Below are positions 38,402 through 49,769 of a stretch of 64,000 nucleotides of DNA, one piece after another. Origin of the DNA: Podarcis cretensis (Eukaryota); NCBI GenBank assembly GCA_951804945.1, contig OX638151.1, positions 40,362,001 through 40,426,000 of the forward strand, written 5' to 3'. Within the stretch, counting starts at the first letter, position 1. Each line of letters begins with the position of its first letter. A model generated the notes under the pieces. That model worked only from the letters and a program-made list of their open reading frames with translations, had not been told where the DNA came from and did not search any database. The position numbers and the translations under genes are program-made.

Positions 38402-41399
38402 GTATGTGACCGTCTTGATCATGGCTGCTGCTCTCTCTGTGAGCTCATGTTGACAGCTTCTTGCTGACAGCAGCAAGGTCATCTCACTTACTCACCATGA
38501 ATAGAACTGGCAATTTTGCTCACCTCTGTGGACAAAACTAGACATGGCATGTTATCAGCAATTGTGTGTATGTTTTTTGAGAGTAAGAAGTTGATGGCCT
38601 GATGCAGATCAGGACCCTGGCAGAGATAGGGGTCTTTAATGCATCCCCACCCCCTGGCTGCAATCCCAATCCAGATCAGGAGGCTAGTGCCTGCTATTTG
38701 CATTGGGAGGAAGACTTCCATAGGCAAAACTTTCCTCCTGATGGGAGAACTTTCCTCCTGATGCAAATAGCCAGCACAGGGGGACTGCTAATTGCATGGA
38801 TAGTGTCGCATCCCATTTGGCCCCAGGCAAATGGCATGAAGAAGTTTTACAGCAATGTGCAAAATGACAGGGTCTGTTTGTAGTGGTAGAGGACGACAGT
38901 CCACTTGCCAGAAGCAGAGTGAAGCTGTCATTCACAAAAAGGAAGCAGCTGAGTCAGACAAAGGGAGGAGAAGAGACTGCCTTTCCTACTTACCTGCTGG
39001 TGCTGCTACTGGAGCAGTTATGGAGGCGGGTAGGTGGTAGGGTTGAGAAAGTAGTGGGTGAGAAAGTGGGAGCGGGTTGGGGACTGAGTACGAGGAGGAG
39101 GAAGCAGTTGAATTCTTCTCCAGCAAAGATTGAAATATGAGCTGCAGAAGAATTCAAAGGCTCTAATGCTCACCTTGTATTTTAGAAGGGGACTGTGAGC
39201 CTAGTATTCATATTAAGTATTAGCAGCATCACTGCTGACTCCCAAAGCTTTGATTTGCATTCATGATGTGTAATTGTGCCAGCTGGGCAGGTAAAAAGTA
39301 AACACCAAACAATATGCAAAGTGTGAAAGAATAGAATGCCAGCCATGTTTTCCCAATGTCCCAAATTATTTCAGGCTTCTCTGGAACACTGTAAAAATGT
39401 ATAACAGGGTTGAGGAACCTGTAGCCTCTGGATGTTGTTGGACTGCAGCTCCCATAATCTTTGATCATTGGCCATACTAGCTGAGGTATTGACAGAGCCC
39501 AGTAACATCTGGTGGGTCATAGGTTCTCCATCTCCATTTAGAAAAGATGCTTAGTTGCAACCTAGCAGTACAAGGTTTTGAATATTGTTCTGCAAGAAGG
39601 TTCTGATTCACACATATATGTAGTCCTGCCTACAAGAAGCATTTATTTCCCCACAAACACTTTTTTAAAAAACAGAAACAAAGTCTTTCCTTTAAAATAT
39701 CTATAAATATTTGCAAATGCCTATTGGCAGAGATTTGATTAAAATTTGATTAAGAAACATATACCCCACTTTTAAAGGGAAATTCTACCCCAAGCTGTTT
39801 ACAAATAAATATATGCCACCCCCCCCCCCAAGGTACTATAATATATGAAACAGTTAAAAGGAACGTTTCATTTTCTGGCACAAAACTCACAATAGCCCAG
39901 TATAATCAAAACACAGCACTACTTCCACACAGATTGCCCACTAAAAGCCAATGTAGAAAGATAGGTCTTTAAGGTCTTTCAGGTCTTTAAGGTCATCTTA
40001 AAAGTACCAAGGGATGGTAAAACTCTATGAAAGAATTGTTTTGTTTTTTTGTTTTGCTTATTCTTCAGTTGCTTAGTTTTGAGTTCTCTTGACTTCCTAC
40101 TGTAGTATACATTCGCCCCCAGTTTATGTCAGGGTGTGTGGGTAGAAGTAAGAGGAGGGCATTTGACAAAGAGGGAAATATGTAAATTTCAAATTATTAT
40201 GCAAATCAGGCGCAGCTGCCCCTGCATCCTTATTAAAGGCATGTGGTAATTGCACCAAGACTGCCAATTTCAGCAAAGCAACTAGCCAGCAATTCCGGAG
40301 AAGAACAGAGCACGGGCCGTTTTCTCATTCCTCCACACAAACACAGTTGTAAGAAAAGGAGCAAATCACGTTCAGGGCAGACCACTAGCAGCATTTGCTA
40401 TGGATCTACAGCCAAAAGGCTTTCTGCATGCCAAACAATGGAGAGATTCAAGAGATATTGTTTTGAGACAGACCTATCTTTTGCCTCGGAAAGGCCCCTA
40501 TGAACACCCCAGACTCCCTTTAGTTGGATTCTTTCCTAATTCCTAGGCCCACAGATTAAGACCTGGCGTGGCAACCGAAGCCTAGAGGAAATGCGCTGCA
40601 TATTAAGCATCATGTGGGCATGTGAGCCCCGAGACCCTGGCATTGCCCCAGCAGAATCATATTCTCATTGCATTCCTTGGATGTCTCCCAGCCTCTGGTC
40701 TGAGAAAGTTGTGAGCCTTTGCACACTTCATTGTTCTGGTTTGGGTGTCGTCCCATGATCTGAGTGACCAGTGCATGTGCTTGTTGTATGTGCTCTCCCG
40801 AAAGGACAGCTGGGGAGGCTGAGGCGATCCTTATGGAATGTCCTTGTCCTCAGTGAACTGCCTTGAGAGCGGGCTAGCAACCTGGGTAAGGACTTGGGAG
40901 AAGGAAGCTCTCCAGGTGTGGTGTATAATCCTCCAGCCAACGTCTTTCATAGAGAAAGAACTGGGCTGTTGCAGCTGAAAAGGATCCAAAAGCTGGAGGA
41001 ATGAGAGTGTGCCAGATCCTCAAAGACCAACGAAGCATGCTTTGAGGCAAGTGGCACCCCCTAGAGGCCCCTGTCATTACCGAACATGTTGCATTTATGG
41101 GACGTTTGAACACAAGCATCTACAGTATTACTATTTATCTTTGCTTCTGTTCAGTTGGCTGAACTTTCATCATGCACATGAATGGCATATATCCAATATC
41201 AAATTTAAAAGGCAGGGGAGTGAATTATGAGTGGACTACCCTCATATAGAATCCCAAGAACTGATGCTGCACTTGAAAATACCCCTTTACAAAACAGGTA
41301 ATTCGCACATGGGCAGTGGGAATAGAACAAATAATCTGCTTAATTTTCTCCTAGCAAAATGCCAACCCAATGGTGGAAAGGTATGTGGTTGTATATATG

Positions 41400-41760
41400 G
41401 ATACCTGAAATACTATCTCTCCCCTTATATAGCAATCAAACCTTACTCTCTGCTGGTGATGGCATCCCGCAGATACCATCTCAAAAGGTGGTCCATTCTG
41501 CAGAAGATAGGAATTAGACCTTAAGTTTTAAGGAACCCACCCTCTGGAATTTCCTGCTGTTAAATACTAGACAGGCACTGTCTGGATTGTATTTTCAGTT
41601 CCTACTAAATGCCTTCTTCTTCCAACAAGTGTTTTAAGTAGATATCATTCCCTGTATGCACCTGCATTGGATCTTTAAAAATATGTTTTAATTGTTCTAT
41701 CATTTGTTCATTTGCTGCCCTAGACTCCTTTGGGAAGAAGGGTGGGGTATAAATTTATGT
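41400..41760 (+). mobile_element. Old L2 3' fragment
   Basis: ggatacctgaaatactatctctcccc, ctctggaatttcctgc and ttgctgccctagactcctttgggaagaagggtggggtataaat (L2-type 3' end). Confidence 0.6.
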
Positions 41761-43768
41761 GTTTTATCCACATATCCCCCTAATACAGACTTTTTTTTGT
41801 TAAAGAACTTCATTACCAAATTCCAGAGATGTGCAGATTTCAAAACTTTGAAGCTGCGTTTTGGTTCATGTATTGTTTTAGGAACTCAGAATTAGCCAGT
41901 TGTAAATACAAATACAAATTCTTCCCCACCATGGTGACAACAGAGCTCTCTGTCCTGTTTCAGTCCATTATGAAAACAATTTGGTCTTCAAACTGTCATC
42001 ACATTCTGGCCCTGAATTTTCTAATTACACTTAAAAAACAACCCAGATGTAGTCAAATAATTTGTGGTCATTGTTTTGGCATAGGACTGTAGAAAATGTA
42101 CATTGCCTACCCACTCATACACATGCCTTTCATTAGAAGCATTGTTAGCAAAACTGATGGCATTCATGCCCCGATAACTTGTTCTTGTGAGTGAACCATA
42201 GCAGACAAAAGTGGGTATGTTACAAGATTGTTTTGAATATGGTAGTCAACAAAAACGCAACAGCAAATAAAGTTTTATAAGGCAACAGTAAAAAAAAAAA
42301 AAACCTCTCATGTAACATTTATGATGTTTCCTAATAGAGAATTGCAAACTTTAACAAGGGACATTTTACTGTGCACGTTTCTCCCTTGGTAAACCAAAGG
42401 GTGGCAAACGTACATTTTGCTAGTGATCTGGAGATATTGATCATTGACAGGTGGAGCAAGACACTCATTCAATGACTGGATCACTTTGCTGCTTCACTAA
42501 CATTAATAGATGGGCCTTTCGAGCATGCTGACAGAAACCCAGGTGGCTGAAAGCCTCTGCACCCTTGCAAATGGATGCAGTGTTAGAAATAATGTCACCA
42601 GAACAGTGATTGACACCATCGTTAGCATTTGTGACCCTCTATATGCATGCATGCCAATTTTTAGATATTGCTGCTTTTATTTCAAGATGATCATTTGCTC
42701 TTCCATGGGCTTTTCAGTGACTCCATCAGATTGTACCACTGAAAGCTGATTTTTTTTCTCCCGGAGTACAAACGATGAATACTCTGCAATCACTCCTGCA
42801 CAATACAGCCTGTACCGGCTATGCTTATCCATCCGTATTCCTTCATCTGTATTGCAGCAGCAAACTGCAAGCTGCAACCAGGCTCAGGCACAGTATAAAG
42901 AGTGAGGACTGGATACACACACTGGATACACACTGAAAAGCAGGCTGCCTTTATACTTCAAGGCACCACTGTACCTCAACATCAGTGAACAAAACCCTTC
43001 TCTCTCCTTCAAATCACATTCTCCCATTAGCTTGGTGAGGAATGTGTTTGGCATGAACACAGACCTGTAAGGTCCTTGAAGGTGTACATTGTGATCTGAG
43101 GGTTCTCAGCAGTCAGGAGCCATTGCCTTACTTGCTGCTCCAACAGAGCAAGCATACCAACTCGGCTGCAGTACCAGCCTGCCTCAGGAATAGTCAACTG
43201 ACCTCACTAGCCAATCCTGGGTCACCACAGTCTATAAAGCCCTGGCCTCAGAATTTGTTCCTCATTCTCACCAATGAAAAAGCAGCAATACAAACTCAGT
43301 GTGCCTGGGCTAGACTGGCCCTGATTTGAGTAGAAGCAGCCATTTGTGGGGGTTCTGTTCATCCTTAGTATAAACTGGCCATTCTTAGTCAATAATAATG
43401 TGGTCAAATGTTCAACAAATCAACAAGCCCAGGACTTGAGTGTTAAGTGAATAAATCACACAACTTCTCCATTGCATACTAAAACTCAGTGAACATTTTC
43501 TTAGTCCATTTACCCTTCTGTTGCAGTTGAGAGTATCTGGACACCACGTTGGGCTTTAGTTCTCCCTTCTCCTCTCCAGCACACTTAGAAGCCCTTTATA
43601 CAGCTAATGCTACATCCTCCTTTCTGAGGGGTAACTACTCAACACACTAAGTGCAACAAATAAAATTAAACAAGAATATACTATTATGATGAATACTGCA
43701 AAATCCTCTGAAGGCCAGGGTAGACTATGTATCAGGAAATACTCTACTCTGATGACTTGCAACCACTT

Positions 43769-43885
43769 TTGTTGTTTAGTTGTTTAGTCATATCCAACTC
43801 TTTGTGACCCCATGGACCAGAGCATGCCAGGCACTCCTGTCTTCCACTGTCTCCCGCAGTTTGGTCAAACTCATGCTGGTAGCTT
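43769..43885 (-). mobile_element. Bov-B 3' end
   Basis: Reverse complement matches 58950-59065, with (CAA) tail. Confidence 0.9.
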
Positions 43886-43924
43886 TGATTGCAATAACTA
43901 TTTCTAACCATTCTGTGGGCTTCC

Positions 43925-44090
43925 AAAAGGGAACAGAGGAAGCTGACTTGGGTCAAACCTCTGGTCCCTGTACTCTAGTATTATCTACACTGACTGACAG
44001 TAGCTCTCCAGATTTCAGGCAGGGGTTTCTTTCCCAACCCTACCTGGAGATGCTGGGGATTGGGACATTCTCTGTGCAAAGCATCATCTC
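43925..44090 (-). mobile_element. Squam3-type SINE (degraded)
   Basis: ggaacagaggaagctg tail, agtattatctacactgactgacag core, tacctggagatgctggggattg head. Confidence 0.7.
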
Positions 44091-45262
44091 TCAGGAATGC
44101 GAGTGGTTGTTGCTTCCTGCCTGGGCATATTCTCTGAGAGGGAGGAGCTGGAACATCTCTAGGGGTGTAACTTGGATAGTGTTTTCTGCAGCCTGCATTG
44201 TGGTGGTTCCTTAGGAGAGCACTGGAGCATCTCCCACAAGAACAAGTTGTGTCCGATTGTGACAGATAATTCCTGTTAGAACTGCAATCAAATAGGAGCA
44301 AGGAGTCTCTGCATTCTCCTGTACTGGCATATTTTCATAGGTCTCCTTTGTGCAGAGCAGGTCTTCTGGTTTCATGAGTTTAGCATTATGCCATTTGCCA
44401 CAGACATTCTTCCGGCAAGCTTTATAATAGGCATCCTGTTCTGCAAAGCTGTGGAAATCAGACCAAGATGGAGTTAGTTAGGTGACAAATGCTGGAATCT
44501 TGGAATGGAACTTCCATCCTAGGAAGAACTGGGCTGAAGCCTTTTGCCAAAGGTGTTGGCTGCTATGTCAATAGGACAAGGTAGAGGATGGATGATTTCA
44601 ACCACAGGTGTTTTTTAGTCAGGACAACATGTTCTATTTCACTGTCGCTCTGGAGAAACAACAGACGTGGAGGTAAGAAGGGTTGAAATCTACAAGCCTC
44701 TGCAAATTTTCATATTAGGGATGGGGAGAAATTTGATTCAATTTGCACTTACAAGTCAAGCTTTCGAAATTCTCAGTTTCCTAAACAATATGAGAATCCA
44801 AACACACCCATCTTTTGAAAATCAGTTTTCTGAATTTTGCGGCACAGTTCTCCAACCAAACAATATTCATGAAAGTGTTTATATTAGGGAGCAGTTTGCA
44901 TAAAAAGGAATATATGTATAAAATATATTAGGGGAAATAACTTTTGCAAAAATGTGTTCATTAGTCAAAACTGTATATAAAAATGTTTTTATGAGGAGAA
45001 ATTTGCCTTAAACACTGAGCAATTTTCATGAGGAATTCTTGTTTTAATTGAAATTGCTGCAGAAATGTGGAGAACTGAATTTAAGACTGGAAACATGAGG
45101 AAACAGAGAGAACCAAACTGATAGATTCTTTCATTGCTAAATCAGATGAAAACTGCAGCCTATTATTAGAGATTATTTTCTCAGGAATCCCAAAGTGGGG
45201 GGAGATTGGCTTCATTTTATTGACAACTGATCCTGATACAGTATTGGTTACCTGAGCAACTT

Positions 45263-45650
45263 GGACACGGGTGGCGCTGTGGTCTAAACCACTGAGCCTC
45301 TTGGGCTTGCCAATCAGAAGGTTGATGGTTCGAATCCCCGCAATGGAGTGAGCTCCTGTTGCTAGGTCCAAGCTCCTGCCAACCTACCAGTTCGAAAGCA
45401 CCCCAAAAAGTCCAAGTAGATAAATAGGTACCGCTCCGGTGGAAAGATAAACGGCATTTCCATGCACTGCTCTGGTTTCGGTGTTCCGTTGCGCCAGAAG
45501 TGGCTTAGTCATGCTGGCCACATGACCCGGAAAAACTGTCTGTGGAGCGGACAAATGCCAGCTCCCTCGGCCAGTAAAGCGAGATGAGTGGCGCAACCCC
45601 AGAGTCATCTGCGACTGGACGTAACTGTCAGGGGTCCTTTACCTTTACCT
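45263..45650 (+). mobile_element. Full-length Sauria SINE
   Basis: ggacacgggtggcgctgtggtctaaacc (A box), ggttcgaatcc (B box), (ACCTTT) tail. TSD tacct(g/c)agcaacttgga on both sides. Confidence 0.94.
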
Positions 45651-45977
45651 CAGCAACTTGGAGGTGCTTCCCATATAAAAGAGATCTGTTCCAAGTTTTT
45701 GCTAATGATGACTTGGGAGCCTTAAGTGCTTCTGGTGGGCTGGTTTGCATGCTGGCATATATATCACACCTGAACAGGGAGCTGTGCACCTGTGTGTGTG
45801 TCCTCTATGTGTGTGCATGTGAAATTACATGTGAGTGGGACTGCTCTCAGTCTTTCTCTTTACAGAGGGCTTTCCCAGTCTCTTTCCCCATCACGCCACC
45901 TGAAAAAACTGCCCAGTTTAGCACCCATCAGGCACAGAGGTTGCTGCCAGAAAGAGATATTGTTCCTCCCTCTATAT

Positions 45978-46823
45978 GGGGAAGGGAAGTGGCTCAGTGG
46001 TACAGCATCTGCTTTGCATGCAGAAGGTCCCTGGTTCAGTCCCTGACATCTCGGGGGGGGGGGGAGGTTATGCTTTATTGAGATTAAAAAGAAATAACAA
46101 ACATAAGGATTATCCAGAAGAAAGAAAAGAAAATGGTAATATTTGTTATTCCACATCACAATAAGTTCTTCTTGAGTTTCTGAAGGCTTTCCACCACCCC
46201 ATCCTGCATCTACCACTTAGTCTATCTAGTCTTTTGTTAATTTTCATCAATATTATATTCTCTTATAATTATCCACAGAAGTCATTCAAGGCCTGCCACT
46301 GACGTCATATTTTTACAGTAATCCTTAAGATATTTTTTGTACATGTCCCATTTCCTAATAAATGTTTGATCAGTATGACCTCTCAGTTTTTCTGTTATTT
46401 TTGCCAACTTGGCATATTCCAACAGTTTACTTTGCCACTCCAGATTTGTCAGAATTCTCTCTCCTTTCCAGTTCATAGCGATTAATATTCTTGCAGCTAC
46501 CATGGCATACAAGAATATTTCACTCGCACTTTTTGGTATGTCTGGGCCTAATATCCCCAGGAGGAAAGTCTCCGGTTTTTTTATGAAGGATACTTTGATC
46601 ATTCTTTTGAGCTCATTATAAATTACATCCCAAAATTCCTTTATTTTCTTACAGGTCCACCACATATGTAAAATTGAGCCTTCCGCTTCCCTGACATCTC
46701 TGGATAGGGCTGGGAATATCCTTTGTCTGAAGCCCTGGAGAGTCCTTGCCAGTCAGTGTATACAATACTATGTGAAATGGAGTAATGGTATGATTTAGGA
46801 TGTGTCAGCTTCCTGTGTTCCTA
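45978..46823 (+). mobile_element. Squam3-type SINE split by an L1 3' fragment
   Basis: Head ggctcagtggtacagcatctgctttgcatgcagaaggtccctggttcagtccctgacatctc resumes at 46701 and ends in cagcttcctgtgttccta. Confidence 0.85.
46053..46687 (-). mobile_element. 5'-truncated L1 (ORF2 C-terminus plus 3'UTR)
   Basis: ORF HMWWTCKKIKEFW..ETFLLGI..AARILIAMNWK..EWQSKLLEY (zinc-knuckle end of non-mammalian L1 ORF2). AATAAA at 46074-46079 (minus). 13-bp TSD tccctgacatctc at 46040-46052 and 46688-46700. Confidence 0.92.
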
Positions 46824-47663
46824 TGGAAGCAGAAACAGCTCTCCTCCTATTGGGAAAATGTCTGAAGCTTTCCTATTTTATATGCACACAGGAAGCCATG
46901 ATTAAAGTGTTTATAAAGTTTGCATTTTCTGTTCTCTCATTGCTGCCAGTAGTTCAGCAAAGATGCCACACAAACCCCTTAATAAATATCTGGGTATCTT
47001 TTTCCTGATGGTGTCAGTGCAAGTAATTCCCACGGTCCCACGCTGACACTTGAACGACAAATGGTCCAAACTCACAGCAATGTTAACATACAACAATTCC
47101 AGCTTCTGGGAAGGAAAAGTTTCCCATTTCAAGTGTGGCAAAATCCATTTGTCTCTAATTAGAAAAAGCAGAACCCACATGGCAGTAACCAATGTGCCAA
47201 GACAACTCATGAAAAATGGAGAAACATCAAAAAGGCAACAGAGTTGCATTTAAACTGATTTTTCTGAGGGAAAGCTGAGAAGAACTGAAGAGAAGCCAGT
47301 CTGGAGCAGCCAAAACAGTCTTGGGAACTGTCACATATGAAAATGACATTTGGAGAGGTGTGTCTATGCTTATGCAAGAAGCCTCCAAGCCAAGATAAGC
47401 TCTGAAAGGAAAGGAAAGGCAACAAGGCACAGTCTTCAGATCCCTGTAGGAAAGGTAAATACAATGAGCACAAATTAATGCACATCGGGGCAGAGGGAAA
47501 CCTTTACACAGATGCAGTCTGAATTGGCAAAGACTAACCAGGAAAGAGATCTTGGTGTTTATGGTGAATAGCCTCTTTTTTATTTTATTTTTATTTTGTA
47601 GAAGTGCATTATAAGATTGAACTGAATACCGGAGAATTAATGTACATAGTAACCAAAAGAATC

Positions 47664-49769
47664 TTTTTTTAAAATAAAATAATATTAATTAAATATTTTA
47701 AGGGTTACAAAAAACAAAAGTAAAAGTAATAACACCATATTAAACAAAAACAAAACAACACATCACAATAAGAAAAAAGGGGAAAAAAACAAAAACAAAA
47801 ACAAAAAACACAACTAATCTTCCCAACTTATCTTTCATTTGCTTGTTTCCTTGACCTCCTCACACCTCCCTTTTTTGTATTCTAATTCGATTAACTATTT
47901 CAGCAAATCCTTTCCATCTTTTCCAATTTTTGTTCTGTAATTTATCTCAATGTAATGTAACTTTACTTTCGCTCCTTTCACCATTTTTTAACCTTATTTT
48001 AACATTAAAACTAAAATACTTATATATGCTTAACTCCTTATAACATTTCTGCTAAATCCATAAAATATCAATCCACCATTTTTCTATCACTCATTAATTT
48101 TGCGATATTTCTATATATAAACTTTAAATTTTCCAATATTCTTCCATCAACTCCTCTCCCTGGTTTTGGATTCTGCCAGTCCTTTCCGTCAATTCCATAT
48201 AGTCCATCAACCTGGAGATCTTATGTCCGAGGCTCTTAACTCTTTTCCAGGTCCCTTCTGCAGATCTTCTTCATATTCTTTAATGCTAGAGAGCAAATCT
48301 CGAGAGAACTCCATCCTAACATTACTTTTATTCCTTCTGGACAGTTCAGCCAAATTTCCATAGTTGAAGCTAGAGTCTATACAGTGTTTCAGGACGTATT
48401 TCAAGACTCCTCCAAATCCAAAGGCCCCCAAAACTTCAATCTCCTTCAAATCCAAGTCCATGTCCCAAAAGTCAATTAATCCCTGGATAGAGAGATCTTT
48501 CCAACTTTCCTTCTTCAGTCCAACCAGGATCCAATCCTCAAAATCTGGCTTTTTCTAGATTCAATCATAAAAGGCCTCAATTTATAGTCCTCAATTTGCT
48601 TCTGTAGAACTAAGGATCCCGCTTGTATTATTTTAGGTTCAAAAACAACGACTTTCTCCTTTTCCTCCACCATTTGTTCTGCCAAGGTAGGTTCCTGTGC
48701 CAGGTCCTGAATTATTTCTGTGTTGGTGCTCACTTTTTGTCTCATGTTAGTCGCTTTCTGTTCCAAATTATCAATTTTAAAAGTCATGTCATCCATCTTT
48801 TTATGAATCTCTTCCAGCAAATAGTTTGTTTTACATAATGCAGTCAAAATAACTTCTCCTATCAACATTTTGAATGGTCCAAGGTCAATCTCTGGTTCTC
48901 AGAATCCTTATCTTGCAGCTGGAGACCTCCCAGTTACACTCCTATAACAATTTCAAAGGCTCCCTCTAGAGGGAAACAGTCCCCACTTGTATCAGTTCTT
49001 TCAAGCACAACTCAGGCATTAAACATAGTTTCGATTTTCAGTTACTTTTTCCTCCATTTTAAATGCAGAAGAGGACAATGGAAACAGTATCTTGCTCTTA
49101 TTTTAGCTAGCTGTCAAATCCGTTCTGTCAATAAACTTTCCCCAAGCGTCATCTGGCAGCCCGTTCCCAGGTTCAGAGCTGTGGTAATTTGATTTTCCCC
49201 TCACTCCTGCAGGCTTACTAAGTTCAAAATTTCCCCCCTCTTCACCTGCTTCCAAGGGGGGGGTTGTATTTTTAACCGATGGAGATTTAATCCTTTATCA
49301 AAAACTTTCAAAGACTTTAGCTTGTAACGTCTTTGCTTCAGTCTATTTACAAAAGCGGAAGGCGGACTTCCTGTTTATGACCTTCCTGCTTTGGGCGCCA
49401 AATTAAGGTACTTAAAGATCCAATTTTCCGTTCTACTCACGGGTAGTTGTTTAAAATCCAACTGCCCACAGGAAAAAGTCAGCGCTCTCCAGCAACAGCA
49501 ATGCGGCTTCACTTCGTGAAAGAAGCAGTCGATTCAAAGCACCGCGCCGCTCACCCCACGTCGCTCCGGATCCCCAAAACAGGGTTTCCCCGTGAGTAGG
49601 GGAGGCGCAAAAGGTGCCAGCCGAATCCCAGGTTCACAGGCTTCTTCCGCCTGTGATTTCAGTGGGTCCCCGCCTTCGCCGTGGCGGTCAGACCCTAATT
49701 TCCACGGAGTAAGTTCCTCCCGATCGGAAGAGCTCAGCCATTGCCGGAGGCGCCAACCCGGAAGTCCCC
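47664..49769 (-). mobile_element. Non-autonomous L1 derivative (5'UTR + ORF1-like + ORF2 terminal remnant + 3'UTR), 2106 bp
   Basis: 16-bp perfect TSD agtaaccaaaagaatc (47648-47663, 49770-49785), 5' end GGGGACTTCCGG, CpG-rich 5'UTR, coiled-coil ORF, ORF2-end remnant LMDYMELTERTGRIQNQGEELMEEYWK, T-rich 3'UTR and short A tail. Confidence 0.88.
48207..48868 (-). pseudogene. Shortened L1 ORF1p-like frame (~220 codons) with an apparent frameshift near 48550
   Basis: Heptad-rich segment LEEIHKKMDDMTFKIDNLEQKATNMRQKVSTNTEIIQDL at the ORF1 position. The second frame is open from ~48555 to the stop at 48207. Confidence 0.65.

Noticed and set aside
45263-45345. tRNA gene
   Set aside because: The A and B boxes belong to the Sauria SINE head. 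The same applies to the Squam3-type heads at 45978 and 29445.
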